In this document: positions 47,510 to 58,680 of the stretch, in pieces
How positions within the stretch are numbered: the stretch's first letter is position 1
Layout: the number at the start of each line of letters is the position of its first letter
Source of the DNA: Bacilli bacterium
GTDB lineage: Bacteria; Bacillota_I; Bacilli_A; RF39; UBA660
DNA: 64,000 nucleotides
NCBI GenBank assembly: GCA_017625395.1
Contig: JAGALD010000065.1
Location: forward strand, 73,414 to 137,413
Direction: 5' to 3'
Made by a program: the position numbers and the translations under genes
The notes under the pieces: model-generated
Told to the model about the DNA's origin: nothing
What the model saw: only the letters and a program-made list of their open reading frames with translations
The model's database searches: none

Positions 47510-47992
47510 ATGAATAAAGTTTGTTTAGTTGGGCGTCTTGTTAAAGATCCAACATGTGAATATGTTAATACAAGTAATGGTAGTGTAGCTCGTTCTAGAT
47601 TTACAATTGCAGTTGATAGAAGTTTTGTTTCTAGTAATCAAGATGGACGTAATACTGCGGATTTCATTAGTATTGTTGCATGGAGAAAACAAGCAGAGAA
47701 TATTGCTAAGTTTCAAAAGAAAGGAAACCAAGTAGCTGTTGATGGAAGAATTCAAGTAGATAGTTATGCAGGTAAAGATGGAAACACTGTATGGACTACA
47801 TATGTAGTTGCTGATTCTATTCAATTCCTTGATAGAAAAGGAGATAGTGTTTCAAATGGAAATTTTGAAACAAGTAGCTATGATAGTATTACTCCAAGTG
47901 ATTTCTCTAGTGATTCAAGTGAGCAAGGTGCTAGTGTATGGGATTCAGGTTCAAATATTGAAATCGATCCAGGAGAGTTACCGTTCTATTAA
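47510..47992 (+). CDS. ssb: Single-stranded DNA-binding protein
   Basis: It has an OB fold (NKVCLVGRLVKDP) and an acidic C-terminal tip ending DPGELPFY. Confidence 0.95.
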   Translation: MNKVCLVGRLVKDPTCEYVNTSNGSVARSRFTIAVDRSFVSSNQDGRNTADFISIVAWRKQAENIAKFQKKGNQVAVDGRIQVDSYAGKDGNTVWTTYVVADSIQFLDRKGDSVSNGNFETSSYDSITPSDFSSDSSEQGASVWDSGSNIEIDPGELPFY

Positions 47993-48009
47993 GAAGGGAG
48001 ATAAATTAA

Positions 48010-48225
48010 ATGGCAGAATTTTTCAGAAAAAAGAAAAAAGTTTGTTACATGTGTACTGGTCATGATATAGATTATAAAGATGTTGAAACATTAAGAAAAT
48101 ATGTAAACGAAAGAGGTAAAATATTACCAAGACGTGTTACTGGAAACTGTGCTAAACATCAAAGACATGTAGCTATGCAAGTAAAAAGAGCAAGAGCAAT
48201 TGCTTTATTACCTTATGCAAAATAG
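48010..48225 (+). CDS. rpsR: 30S ribosomal protein S18
   Basis: It has [26 protein letters not shown] and CAKHQR. Confidence 0.95.
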   Translation: MAEFFRKKKKVCYMCTGHDIDYKDVETLRKYVNERGKILPRRVTGNCAKHQRHVAMQVKRARAIALLPYAK

Positions 48226-48227
48226 TA

Positions 48228-48254
48228 AAATATCCTTTTTGGATATTTTTTTTT
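48228..48254 (+). terminator. Rho-independent terminator after rpsR
   Basis: Stem AAATATCC/GGATATTT, followed by a T-run. Confidence 0.85.
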
Positions 48255-48341
48255 GTAAAATTGTCGTAAAGTTGTCTATTTTGTTGTTCGATATTGTTCA
48301 AAAAGTGTTTTTGTAGTGCTAAAATATAATCGAGAAAGTAG

Positions 48342-48665
48342 GTGATAGTTCTTATGGCAAAGAAAGTTGTAAAAAAGAAACCAAAAAAGAAAGCTTTAAG
48401 GGTTTTGTTATTTGGTGTTGCTAGTTGTGCATTTATGATTTACTTTTTTGGATTTGTTGTTAATGTTTCTTTAGATATTGTAAACAAATATAAAGAAAAA
48501 GAGATATTAAATGATAAACTTTTAGAACTTAAAGAAGAGGAACAAGAATTATCACTTGATGTTGAAAAACTTAAAGATCCTGAATATATAGCAAGATATT
48601 TAAGGGAGAAGTTTTTATATTCAAAGGAAGATGAATATATTATTAAAATACCACAAGGGGAATAG
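48342..48665 (+). CDS. Septum formation initiator family protein (FtsB/DivIC-like); the start is probably the Met at 48354
   Basis: It has a basic N-terminus, a single TM segment, then a coiled coil (LNDKLLELKEEEQELSLDVEKLKDPEYI). Confidence 0.7.
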   Translation: MIVLMAKKVVKKKPKKKALRVLLFGVASCAFMIYFFGFVVNVSLDIVNKYKEKEILNDKLLELKEEEQELSLDVEKLKDPEYIARYLREKFLYSKEDEYIIKIPQGE

Positions 48666-48744
48666 TCTATAAAAAGGGGATTTAAGTCTTCTTTTTCTTG
48701 CTAATGGCTTAATTTTTTTATAGAATATTATATGGTGACTATTT

Positions 48745-50070
48745 GTGAAAAAAGTAATAGAATTTTTAGAAAGAGATATTAGACTAAAGGAAAATGATAC
48801 GATTATTCTTGGAAATAGTGGTGGGCCTGATTCAATGTGCCTATTTTCTATTTTATTGCAATTAAGGGAAAAGTATCATTTAAATCTTGTTTGTGCACAT
48901 GTTAATCATAATGTAAGAAGAGAAAGTGCTGATGAAAAAGAATTTTTAATGAATTTTTGCCAAGAAAAAAATGTTCTTTTTGAATCAATGACGATTGAAA
49001 GATATGGTGATGATAATTTTCATAATCAGGCAAGAAAAATTAGGTATAATTTTTTTAATGATTTAGTAAGAAAATACGGGGCTAATTATTTAATGACTGC
49101 ACATCATGGTGATGATTTAGTAGAAACGGTTCTTATGAGACTGGTGAGAGGCTCTACTTTAAAAGGGTATAGTGGTTTCAATAAGGTGTTAGATAATGGT
49201 GATTATAAGACTGTTAGACCATTAGTGTTTGTGTCTAAAGATGATATATTAAGATATGATGAAGAAAATAATATTCCGTATGTTATTGATAAATCTAATT
49301 TTAAAGGTAAATATACAAGAAATAGATATAGAATGAATATTTTACCATTTTTAAAAGAAGAAGATAAAAAAGTTCATGAGAAATTTATTAAATTTAGTGA
49401 AACATTAGAAGAATATGATTCTTTTATAAATAATGAGATTAGAAGGTCAATTAAGAAGGTATATAGTGAGAATAAAATTGATATTTTAGAATATAAAAAA
49501 CTTGATTATTTAATTCAGAAAAAAATTATATATTATATTTTAGAAGATATTTACAAAGATAATTTACTAATTATTAATGATAAACATGTAAAACTTATTG
49601 TTGATTTACTAAATTCTAAAAGGGCAAATGCTAAAATTTGTTTACCTCATAATATAGAAGCTGTTAAAAATTATAATGAATTAGAGTTTAGTAAAGAGAT
49701 TAAAGAAACAATTAGTTATGAAATAGAACTTATTAAATTTGCTACTTTACCAAATGGTCATAAATTAGAATTTGTATCGGATTGCGATACTAATGGAAAT
49801 GATATTTGTAGAATAGATGTTGAAGATGTGTCGTTACCTCTTTATGTTAGAACTAGAAAATATGGCGATAAAATGTTCTTAAAAAAGTTAAATGGTTACA
49901 AAAAATTGAAGGATATTTTTATTGATTGTAAAGTTCCTTTGAAAGATAGAGATAAATGGCCGGTGGTTGTTGATTCAAAAGATAAGATAATTTGGGTTCC
50001 TGGGTTAAAAAAATCCAAATTTACAAAGCTAAAAAATGAAAAGTATGATATAATAATTAAATATAGTTAA
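48745..50070 (+). CDS. tilS: tRNA(Ile)-lysidine synthase (GTG start)
   Basis: It has the PP-loop SGGPDS. Its 441-aa length and position upstream of ftsH fit TilS. Confidence 0.9.
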   Translation: MKKVIEFLERDIRLKENDTIILGNSGGPDSMCLFSILLQLREKYHLNLVCAHVNHNVRRESADEKEFLMNFCQEKNVLFESMTIERYGDDNFHNQARKIRYNFFNDLVRKYGANYLMTAHHGDDLVETVLMRLVRGSTLKGYSGFNKVLDNGDYKTVRPLVFVSKDDILRYDEENNIPYVIDKSNFKGKYTRNRYRMNILPFLKEEDKKVHEKFIKFSETLEEYDSFINNEIRRSIKKVYSENKIDILEYKKLDYLIQKKIIYYILEDIYKDNLLIINDKHVKLIVDLLNSKRANAKICLPHNIEAVKNYNELEFSKEIKETISYEIELIKFATLPNGHKLEFVSDCDTNGNDICRIDVEDVSLPLYVRTRKYGDKMFLKKLNGYKKLKDIFIDCKVPLKDRDKWPVVVDSKDKIIWVPGLKKSKFTKLKNEKYDIIIKYS

Positions 50071-50082
50071 AGGAGGCGTAAT

Positions 50083-52041
50083 ATGAATAAGAAAAACGTT
50101 AAAAAAGGTTTATTACCATATGCATTATTATTGATTGTTATGTTAGTTATCTATTATATTTTAACAGTTGGTAGTTTTAAAGTTAATGATTTAACTTATG
50201 ATGTGTTTTTATTAGAAATAAAAGCTGGAAATGTTTCAGAAGTTGTTATAACTCCTTCTTCAAGCGAAGGTACTTATAATATAACTGGTAAACTTAAAAG
50301 CTATGATGAAAATGAGTCGTTTTCTGTAAAAGCTCCGCTTACTGATACTGTTGTATCTCAAATTGTTGCAATTGACTCAGAGCTTAATTATAAAATTGAG
50401 ACAGAATCTGACCCAGGATCAAGTCCGCTTTTATTTATTTTATTAAACATTTTACCTATTGTGTTATTGGTAGGAGTTGGTTTTTGGTTCTTTTCTAAAC
50501 AAATGAGTAGTGCTGGAAAATCAATGGATTTCGGAAAAAGTAGAGCAAGACTTAATAATGATAAGAATAAAGTTACATTTAAGGATGTAGCTGGTCTTAA
50601 GGAAGAAAAGGAAGAGGTTAAAGAACTTATTGATTTCTTAAAGAATCCTAAGAGATTCCAAAAATTAGGTGCAAGAATTCCTAAGGGAGTGTTGCTTGTA
50701 GGTCCACCTGGTACTGGTAAGACATTACTTGCGAAAGCTGTTGCAGGTGAAGCAAATGTTCCATTTTATTATATAAGTGGATCTGACTTTGTTGAGTTAT
50801 TTGTTGGTGTTGGTGCTAGTCGTGTAAGAGATATGTTTAAACAAGCTAAGCATAATGCTCCATGTTTGATTTTTATAGATGAAATTGATGCTGTAGGACG
50901 TCAACGTGGAACTGGTCTTGGTGGAGGACATGATGAAAGAGAACAAACTCTTAACCAATTATTAACAGAAATGGATGGTTTTGGTGCTAATGAAGGTATT
51001 ATCATTATTGCTGCTACAAACCGTGCTGATGTTTTGGATCCTGCGCTTTTAAGACCTGGAAGATTTGATAGACAAGTTACTGTTAATTTACCAGATGTTA
51101 AAGGAAGAGAAGAAATTCTTGAAGTTCATGCTAGAAATAAAATATTAGCTCCAAGTGTGACTCTTAAAAATTTAGCTAAAAGAACTCCGGGATTTAGTGG
51201 TGCTGATTTGGAGAACTTATTAAATGAAGCTGCCCTTCTTGCTGTTCGTTCTAACAAAGAACAAATAACTATGAAGGAAGTTGATGAGGCAACTGATAGA
51301 GTTCTTATGGGACCTGCTAAAAAGAGTAAGAAATATACTGAAAATGAAAGAAGAATGGTTGCATTCCATGAAGCAGGACATGTTGTATTAGGATTAAAGT
51401 TAAATGATGCAAATGATGTTCAAAAAGTAACGATTATTCCTAGAAGTTATGCTGGTGGATATGCCATGATGATTCCAAAAGAAGAAAGATATACTTCTAC
51501 TAGAAAAGAATTAATTGAGCAAATAACTGGTTTATTAGGTGGTAGAGTTTCTGAAGAATTGAATTTTGGAGAAGTTACTACAGGTGCTCATAATGACTTT
51601 GAAAAAGCTACCAAGATAGCTCGTTCTATGGTTACTGAATATGGTATGAGTGATTTAGGGCCTGTTCAGTTAGAACACCAAGAAGGTGGGGTTTTCTTAG
51701 GAAGAGATTACAATAAGAGTAAAAATTTCTCTAATGAAGTTGCTCATGAAATTGATTTGGAAATTCGTAAGATTATAAATGAATGTTATGAAAATGCTAA
51801 AAAGATTTTGGATGAACATAAAGATTTAGTTAAGTTAATTGCTGAGACTTTATTGGAGTATGAGACATTAACAAAAGAACAAATTGAGTATCTTGTTAAA
51901 AATGGTTGTATGCCTGAGGAAGAAAATTATGATGATAATACTTTAGATGAGCTAAAAGAAAAAGCTAAAGAAAAAGGTATCAAAGGTTATACAAAAATGT
52001 CTAAAGAAGAACTTAAAGATGTTCTTAAAGATGAAGAATAA
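50083..52041 (+). CDS. ftsH: ATP-dependent zinc metalloprotease FtsH
   Basis: It has two TM segments, the AAA segment [13 protein letters not shown], and the zinc motif HEAGH. Confidence 0.97.
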   Translation: MNKKNVKKGLLPYALLLIVMLVIYYILTVGSFKVNDLTYDVFLLEIKAGNVSEVVITPSSSEGTYNITGKLKSYDENESFSVKAPLTDTVVSQIVAIDSELNYKIETESDPGSSPLLFILLNILPIVLLVGVGFWFFSKQMSSAGKSMDFGKSRARLNNDKNKVTFKDVAGLKEEKEEVKELIDFLKNPKRFQKLGARIPKGVLLVGPPGTGKTLLAKAVAGEANVPFYYISGSDFVELFVGVGASRVRDMFKQAKHNAPCLIFIDEIDAVGRQRGTGLGGGHDEREQTLNQLLTEMDGFGANEGIIIIAATNRADVLDPALLRPGRFDRQVTVNLPDVKGREEILEVHARNKILAPSVTLKNLAKRTPGFSGADLENLLNEAALLAVRSNKEQITMKEVDEATDRVLMGPAKKSKKYTENERRMVAFHEAGHVVLGLKLNDANDVQKVTIIPRSYAGGYAMMIPKEERYTSTRKELIEQITGLLGGRVSEELNFGEVTTGAHNDFEKATKIARSMVTEYGMSDLGPVQLEHQEGGVFLGRDYNKSKNFSNEVAHEIDLEIRKIINECYENAKKILDEHKDLVKLIAETLLEYETLTKEQIEYLVKNGCMPEEENYDDNTLDELKEKAKEKGIKGYTKMSKEELKDVLKDEE

Positions 52042-52046
52042 TAAAT

Positions 52047-52076
52047 AGCTTAAGTTTTACACTTAAGCTTTTTTTT
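52047..52076 (+). terminator. Rho-independent terminator after ftsH
   Basis: Stem AGCTTAAGT/ACTTAAGCT, followed by T7. Confidence 0.9.
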
Positions 52077-52106
52077 GTTATGTGTTATAATTTTTGTGGT
52101 GATTTT

Positions 52107-53090
52107 ATGTGGAAAATTGGAAATGTTGAAATAAATAATAGAGTAGTGTTGGCACCTATGGCTGGAATATGTAATTCTAGTTTTCGAAGAATTGTCAAAG
52201 AAATGGGGTGTGGTTTAGTTTATGCTGAAATGGTTAGTGATAAAGCAGTTTTTTATAGCAATAAAAAAACATTAGAAATGCTTTATATGACTGATTTTGA
52301 AAGACCTTTGTCTCAACAAATTTTTGGAAGTGATAAAGAGTCTTTTGTTGCAGCAGCAAAATATATTTGTGAAGTAATGAAACCGGATATTATTGATATT
52401 AATATGGGTTGTCCTGTTCCTAAAGTTGCAATGAGGTCTCAGGCTGGTTCTGCACTTTTGAAAAGTCCTGAAAAGATACGAGAAATTGTTAGTGCAGTTG
52501 TAGAGTCTGTGTCAGTTCCTGTTACTGTTAAGATAAGAAGTGGATGGGATAATAATTCTATTAATGCTGTTGAGGTGGCTAAAATATGTGAAGAGGCTGG
52601 TGCTAGTGCAATATGCGTTCATCCAAGAACTAGAAGCCAAGGCTATAGCGGAAAAGCCGACTGGAGTATTATAAAAGCTGTAAAAGAAGCTGTTAATATT
52701 CCTGTTATTGGAAATGGTGATATTATAGATATTTATAGTGCAGAGAAAATGCTTTCTGAAACTAAATGTGATGCAATAATGATAGGAAGAGGTAGTCTTG
52801 GAAATCCTTGGTTAATAAAGGAAGTAATTGAATATATTGAAAATGGTATAATAATTGATAAACCAACTCCGTTAGATAGGGTGGAAATGTGTTTGAAACA
52901 TCTTAATTATTTAAAAGAAATTAAGGATGAAAAGGTTGCTGTATTAGAAATTAGAAATCATGTTTCTTGGTATTTGAAGGGGTTAAAAAATGCCAATGAG
53001 GTTAAAAATCAGGTGTTTTTAACAAAAAGTATTGTTGACATAATAAATATATTAGAAAAATATAGATTGTATATAAAGGAGGAATATTAA
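52107..53090 (+). CDS. dusB: tRNA-dihydrouridine synthase (start at the internal Met; the track ORF starts at 52080 inside a TGTGTTATAAT promoter element)
   Basis: It has VLAPMAGICNSSFR, IDINMGCP and the segment GNGDI, giving a TIM-barrel Dus pattern. Confidence 0.9.
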   Translation: MWKIGNVEINNRVVLAPMAGICNSSFRRIVKEMGCGLVYAEMVSDKAVFYSNKKTLEMLYMTDFERPLSQQIFGSDKESFVAAAKYICEVMKPDIIDINMGCPVPKVAMRSQAGSALLKSPEKIREIVSAVVESVSVPVTVKIRSGWDNNSINAVEVAKICEEAGASAICVHPRTRSQGYSGKADWSIIKAVKEAVNIPVIGNGDIIDIYSAEKMLSETKCDAIMIGRGSLGNPWLIKEVIEYIENGIIIDKPTPLDRVEMCLKHLNYLKEIKDEKVAVLEIRNHVSWYLKGLKNANEVKNQVFLTKSIVDIINILEKYRLYIKEEY

Positions 53091-53680
53091 TGAAGGCATA
53101 TTTTTTACAAAGATGTATTGCTTATTTTATCGATATTTTTATTGTAGTTTTAGTTAGTATGGTTTTTAGTTTTTTTATTCCTGTTACTGAAAAATATAAG
53201 GATTCTTTGGAAAAACAGGAAATTATATTAAATCAATATGAAAATGAAGAGATTAACTATGATGAATATGTTAAATTGTATAATAATAATTCCTATTCAA
53301 TGGCAAAAGAATCGATGATTTTTGATTTTTTTTCTATAATAATTACTCTTGCATATTTTGGAGCATATTCATATTATAAAGATGGAATGACTATTGGAAA
53401 AAAATGTATGAAGATTAGAATTGTTGATAATAATGGAAAACATCCTTCATACCGTAAATTTGTTATTAGGGCAGCATTATTGCATGGTCCTGTTATGTCT
53501 ATATTACTTGCATTGTCATTAATATTTCTTAGCAAAGATATTTATTTTTTAGTATCTAGTGGAATTAATTTTGTTTATACAATTTTTTCATTTTTTTGTA
53601 TATTCTTAGTTGCTGTTAGAAAAGATGGAAGAGGTTTGCATGATTTAATTTCTGGAACTAAGGTTATTGCATTAAAATAA
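53090..53680 (+). CDS. RDD-family membrane protein
   Basis: It has three or four TM segments. RKDGRGLHDLISGTKVI is the typical RDD C-terminal motif. Confidence 0.65.
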   Translation: MKAYFLQRCIAYFIDIFIVVLVSMVFSFFIPVTEKYKDSLEKQEIILNQYENEEINYDEYVKLYNNNSYSMAKESMIFDFFSIIITLAYFGAYSYYKDGMTIGKKCMKIRIVDNNGKHPSYRKFVIRAALLHGPVMSILLALSLIFLSKDIYFLVSSGINFVYTIFSFFCIFLVAVRKDGRGLHDLISGTKVIALK

Positions 53681-53761
53681 TGTGTTTGTTTAGTGAAATT
53701 TCGTTATATTTATTGTATTTGATTAATATATTGGTGTATAATTGTTTACGAGGAGGATATA

Positions 53762-55165
53762 ATGAAAAAGCATAATTTATTTAAGGTTGTTATGCTGACA
53801 ATTGCGTTTGTGGTATTACTATCTTGGTTATTACCTGTTTCGTATTTTTCAAAGGGCAGCCTTATAGAAGAAGCTAGAACTCAAATTGGATTATTTACTG
53901 TAATGAATTATGTTGGTATTGCTATTCAATATTTTAGCCATATTGGTTTATATGTTTTAGCAATAGGTGGTTTCTATGGTGTGCTTCATAAAATTTCAGG
54001 TTATCGTAATCTTTTAGATAAAATTGTATCTGGATTTAAAGATCGCGAATGGATTTTTATGACTGTTATTATGGTGATCTTTGCAGTTTTATCTGCAATG
54101 GCTGGTTTGTCACTATCACTAATGTTATTATTCCCATTTGTTATTTCTGTTATATTATTGATGGGATATGATAAAATTACTGCTGCTATGGTAACTGTTG
54201 GTTCTACAGTAATTGGTTTAATTGGGTCAGTATTTGCTGTAACTAATACAGAAGGAATTGATGTTGTTATTGGAACATCTGCTGATGGAGATGCATTATT
54301 AAAAATATTATTATTAGTTGTGTCTTTGGTATTGTTGATTTATAATGTTTTAACTTATAGTAAAAATCATAAGAGTGCTAAAGAAGTATTAAATAGTGAT
54401 TTTGCTCCTGAAGTGAGTACAAATAAGAAACAAAAAGTATGGCCTTTAGTTGCTATAATTGATTTTATGATTTTAATTTTAATCTTATCTTTTGTTTCTT
54501 GGGATTTATTTGGAGTTAAATTTTTTGCTAAGGCATTTAATAGTGTTACATCGTATGAGTTGTTTGGTTTTCCAATATTAAAAAATATTTTTGGATTATC
54601 AAATCCGTTCGGTAAGTGGTCTTTAACTGAATTAACTGTAATGATATTAGTATTTAGTTGGTTTATTTCATTTATATATAAAGTTAAGTTTAATGATTAT
54701 ATTACTAACTTTATGAATGGTGCTAAAAGAGCAATTAAGCCAGCTGTATTGGTTGTATTGGTATATATAGTTTTGATTGTTACTACTTATGTTCCAACTA
54801 TACTTACAGCATTAAAACCATTATTAACAAGTACTAATGGATTAAATATATTTGTAATGGCAATTGCTGCATTTATAACATGTGTATTTTCAGTTGAATT
54901 GTATTATGGTGCTACTTCAGTATTACCATATGTTACAGGTGTATTATTTACTGGATTAGTTGCAAAAGATATTACAATTCTTTCACTTATTTGGCAATCA
55001 ATGTATGGTGTTGCAATGTTAGTTGCACCAACTAGTGTTGTGTTGATAGCTACATTGTCATATTTACATATACCATATCAAAATTGGTTAAAGAGTATTT
55101 GGAAATTGTTATTAGAACTTGTTGTAGTACTATTAATAATATTTACAATAGTATCATTTATGTAA
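53762..55165 (+). CDS. Polytopic membrane protein, putative transporter (YfcC / ion-transporter-superfamily-like)
   Basis: It is 467 aa with 10 or more hydrophobic segments. Resemblance to YfcC-type carriers is weak, so the function is uncertain. Confidence 0.45.
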   Translation: MKKHNLFKVVMLTIAFVVLLSWLLPVSYFSKGSLIEEARTQIGLFTVMNYVGIAIQYFSHIGLYVLAIGGFYGVLHKISGYRNLLDKIVSGFKDREWIFMTVIMVIFAVLSAMAGLSLSLMLLFPFVISVILLMGYDKITAAMVTVGSTVIGLIGSVFAVTNTEGIDVVIGTSADGDALLKILLLVVSLVLLIYNVLTYSKNHKSAKEVLNSDFAPEVSTNKKQKVWPLVAIIDFMILILILSFVSWDLFGVKFFAKAFNSVTSYELFGFPILKNIFGLSNPFGKWSLTELTVMILVFSWFISFIYKVKFNDYITNFMNGAKRAIKPAVLVVLVYIVLIVTTYVPTILTALKPLLTSTNGLNIFVMAIAAFITCVFSVELYYGATSVLPYVTGVLFTGLVAKDITILSLIWQSMYGVAMLVAPTSVVLIATLSYLHIPYQNWLKSIWKLLLELVVVLLIIFTIVSFM

Positions 55166-55196
55166 GAAGAAATTTTATTATTTCTTCTTTTTTTGT
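55164..55196 (+). terminator. Rho-independent terminator
   Basis: Stem AAGAAGAAA/TTTCTTCTT, followed by a T-run. Confidence 0.8.
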
Positions 55197-55253
55197 TTAT
55201 TTTTTGAAATAGATTCTCATTATATACATAGTATGTATATGAAAGGGGCATTT

Positions 55254-57521
55254 ATGTTCTTAAAATTTGATGAGGAAGTAAGAAAAATATTATTAGGTGC
55301 TAAAAGAGAAATGAAGTTATTAAAACATCCTTATATTGGTACTGAGCATTTAGTACTTTCAATTATAAAAAGAAATAATTTTATTACTAGTTTATTAAGT
55401 GATAAAAATGTTACATATGAAGTTTTTTATAATGAAGTTATATCTTTGATTGGTATGGGAAATAAACAGTCAAATTTGTTTATTTATACTCCTCTTTTGA
55501 AGAAAATTATTCAAAATGCAATGGTTATTAGTAAAGAAAGAAACTTAAAGGAAGTAAATTTAAATTCCCTTTTCGCTGCATTGCTAGAAGAGGGAGAGGG
55601 AGTTGGAATACGAATTTTTATTTCAATGGGAATTGATGTTGATGAACTTTATGAAGAAGTAAATATAAAAAGGAAACAAAAAAAATTAAAAAACAAACTG
55701 TTAATTGATGATTTTGGTGTTAATTTGAATAAAAAGGCTTTAGATGGTGAATTAGATCCAGTGATTGGAAGAGATGATGAGGTTTTAAGAGTTATTGAAA
55801 TTCTTTGTAGAAGAACTAAAAACAATCCTTTATTAATAGGTGATGCTGGGGTTGGAAAAACGGCAATAGTGGAAGAACTTAGTAGAAGAATTGTTAATGG
55901 TAAAGTACCACTTAAGCTTTTAAATAAAAGAATTGTGTCTATATCGATGGCAAGTTTAGTGTCTGGTACTAAATATAGAGGTGAATTCGAAGATAGAGTT
56001 ACGAAAATGCTTTCCGAGGTAGAAGAAGCAAATGATGTTATTATTTTTATAGATGAAATTCACACTTTGGTTGGTGCAGGTGGTGCTGAAGGTGCTATTG
56101 ATGCATCTAATATTTTAAAGCCTGCATTAGCTCGAGGAAAAGTAAATATAATTGGGGCTACTACTACTTATGAATATAAGAAAATTATGGAAGATGATAA
56201 AGCTTTAGCTAGAAGATTTCAAAATATAGTGATAGAAGAACCAAATGTTGAAAAGGTTTATGATATATTAACTAGGATTAAACCAATATATGAAGAATAC
56301 CATAATGTGTTAATAAGTGAAAAAGTTTTAAAATTAATTGTTAATCTATCAGATAAATATTTATATAATCGAAAGCAACCGGATAAGTCTATTGACATTT
56401 TGGATGAAGTTTGTTCTAAGTTATCAATTGTTGAAGACGAATTTATCAAAAAGAATACGCATTATAAAAATTTATTGAAAAATGTTGTATCAAGAAAGAA
56501 TGATGCAATTATTAATGGACGTTTTAATGATGCTATTTGTTTAAGAGAAGAAGAGATAAAATTAGAAGGTCGTATTAATAGGCTTGAGATTAAAATTATG
56601 AAACATGATTATAAAAGAGAAGTAACTTGTGATATGGTTGCAAATGTTATTAAGCAAAAAAGTAATATACCAGTTTATGAGTTTGAAAGGCCAATGGATG
56701 TTATTAATAGCTTGAAAAAATATTTATTATCTAATGTTATTGGGCAAGATTTTGCAATAGAAAAATTATGTAATATTACTAAAAAAATGTTTTTTGGTAT
56801 TAAAGCTGATAAAAGGCCTATATCTTTTTTGTTTGTAGGGCAAAGCGGTGTTGGAAAAACTCATTTAGCTAAAGAATATAATAAGTTTTTATTTAGGGAT
56901 GAGAACCTAATAAGAGTTGATATGAGTGAATATAAGGAAGAACATTCTATTAGTAAAATTATTGGTTCTCCTCCTGGTTATGTTGGTTATCAAAATAAAT
57001 CTACTCTTCTTGAAGAAATAAAAGATAAACCTCATTCAGTGGTTTTACTTGATGAGATAGAAAAAGCTCATTCTAGTGTGTTGAATTTGTTTTTACAAAT
57101 ACTTGATGAAGGACATATTAAGGATTCTAATGGTAATATTTATAGATTTGATAATAATATTATTATTATGACATCAAATGCTGGATGTGATGTTAAAAAT
57201 ATTGGTTTTGATAATTCAAAAGTAAATGTTGTTGATATAATAAAGAATAGTTTTAGTTCTGAATTTATTAATAGAATCGATAATATTATTTTATTTAATT
57301 CATTTAATTATAATGATGTTTTTGAAATTACTAAAAGATTATTGGAGTCAATTGTTAATAAATTTAAAGTTAATTTTAATTATGATGATAATTTTATTGA
57401 CTCAATTGTTAAAGAATCTAAATATGATAAATTTGGCGCAAGAAAGTTAGAAAAAATTATTATGGAAAAACTTGATTTTTGTTTGTTTGATAATTCAATA
57501 AACAATGGTGTGTTAATTTAG
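55254..57521 (+). CDS. clpC: ATP-dependent Clp protease ATP-binding subunit (ClpC-like, two AAA+ modules); start at the internal Met
   Basis: It has a Clp_N repeat (PYIGTEHLVLSII), NBD1 GDAGVGKTA and NBD2 GQSGVGKTHLAKE. AAAGGGG lies upstream of ATG 55254. Confidence 0.85.
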   Translation: MFLKFDEEVRKILLGAKREMKLLKHPYIGTEHLVLSIIKRNNFITSLLSDKNVTYEVFYNEVISLIGMGNKQSNLFIYTPLLKKIIQNAMVISKERNLKEVNLNSLFAALLEEGEGVGIRIFISMGIDVDELYEEVNIKRKQKKLKNKLLIDDFGVNLNKKALDGELDPVIGRDDEVLRVIEILCRRTKNNPLLIGDAGVGKTAIVEELSRRIVNGKVPLKLLNKRIVSISMASLVSGTKYRGEFEDRVTKMLSEVEEANDVIIFIDEIHTLVGAGGAEGAIDASNILKPALARGKVNIIGATTTYEYKKIMEDDKALARRFQNIVIEEPNVEKVYDILTRIKPIYEEYHNVLISEKVLKLIVNLSDKYLYNRKQPDKSIDILDEVCSKLSIVEDEFIKKNTHYKNLLKNVVSRKNDAIINGRFNDAICLREEEIKLEGRINRLEIKIMKHDYKREVTCDMVANVIKQKSNIPVYEFERPMDVINSLKKYLLSNVIGQDFAIEKLCNITKKMFFGIKADKRPISFLFVGQSGVGKTHLAKEYNKFLFRDENLIRVDMSEYKEEHSISKIIGSPPGYVGYQNKSTLLEEIKDKPHSVVLLDEIEKAHSSVLNLFLQILDEGHIKDSNGNIYRFDNNIIIMTSNAGCDVKNIGFDNSKVNVVDIIKNSFSSEFINRIDNIILFNSFNYNDVFEITKRLLESIVNKFKVNFNYDDNFIDSIVKESKYDKFGARKLEKIIMEKLDFCLFDNSINNGVLI

Positions 57522-57525
57522 ATAA

Positions 57526-57549
57526 AAGACTTAAAACAAGTCTTTTTTT
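57526..57549 (+). terminator. Rho-independent terminator after clpC
   Basis: Stem AAGACTT/AAGTCTT, followed by T7. Confidence 0.85.
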
Positions 57550-57581
57550 GTGTTATAATTTTAGTGATAATGGAGGTTTTT

Positions 57582-58680
57582 ATGGAACTTTATGAATTGA
57601 ATAAAAATATTAATGATTATTATGTCAGAGTAAATGATTTGTGGAGGTTACTTTGACATAGATTCTAAAAAGAATAAAATAGAAGTACTTGAAGCTAAAA
57701 TGTTAGAGCCTAATTTTTGGGATGATTCTAAAGAGAGTGGTAAAGTTATTGAAAATTTAAACTCTTTAAAGTCAGTTGTTAAAGATCTGGATTTATTGGT
57801 TAATCGTGTTAATGAACTTAAGGAATTAATATCAGGTGCTGTTGATGATGAGACTCATATGCTTATAGAAGAAGAAGTAATTTTATTAAGAGATGATGTT
57901 GAAAAAATGGAGCTTCTTTTGTTGTTAGACGGTGAGTACGATGGTAATAATTGTATTTTAGAAGTTCATTCTGGTGCAGGAGGAACTGAAGCTTGTGATT
58001 GGGCTTTGATGTTATATAGAATGTATACAAGATGGTGTGATAAAAAGGGATATAAATATACTGTTATTGATTATCAAGATGGTGATGAAGTTGGGATTAA
58101 AAGTGCTTCGTTATTAGTTAATGGGATTAATGCATATGGATATTTAAAATGTGAAAAAGGAATACATAGATTAGTTAGACTTTCCCCTTTTGATGCTAAT
58201 AATAAGAGGCATACTTCTTTTGCATCTGTTGATGTTACTCCTGAATTTGATGATAATGCGAGTGTTGAAATAAATGAAAAAGATTTAAAGATAGATGTGT
58301 ATAGATCTAGTGGATGTGGGGGGCAAGGCGTTAATACTACTGATTCTGCTGTTCGAATTACTCATTTACCTACCAAGATAGTCGTTACATGTCAAAATGA
58401 AAGAAGTCAAATTCAAAACAAAGAGCAAGCTATGAAGATGTTAAGAAATAAGCTTATGCTTTTGGAAATTGAAAAGAAAAATAATGAACTTAATCAAATA
58501 AGAGGAGAATTAAAAAACATAGAATTTGGTTCTCAGATAAGGAGTTATGTAATGCATCCTTATTCTATGGTAAAAGACCATAGAACATCTTATGAAACAA
58601 GTAATGTTCAAAAGGTGTTAGATGGAGAAATAGACTTGTTTATTGAAAAAAAATTGAAGGAGGATCGAAATGAAAAATAA
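57582..58680 (+). CDS. prfB: Peptide chain release factor 2, expressed through a programmed +1 frameshift at 57651-57657 (CTT TGA C)
   Basis: Frame 0 reads ATG 57582, MELYELNKNINDYYVRVNDLWRLL, then TGA at 57654. An internal SD-like GGAGG lies 3 nt upstream of CTT TGA C. The +1 frame continues DIDSKKNK and contains the SPF and GGQ motifs (RLSPFD, SGCGGQGVN). Confidence 0.9.
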
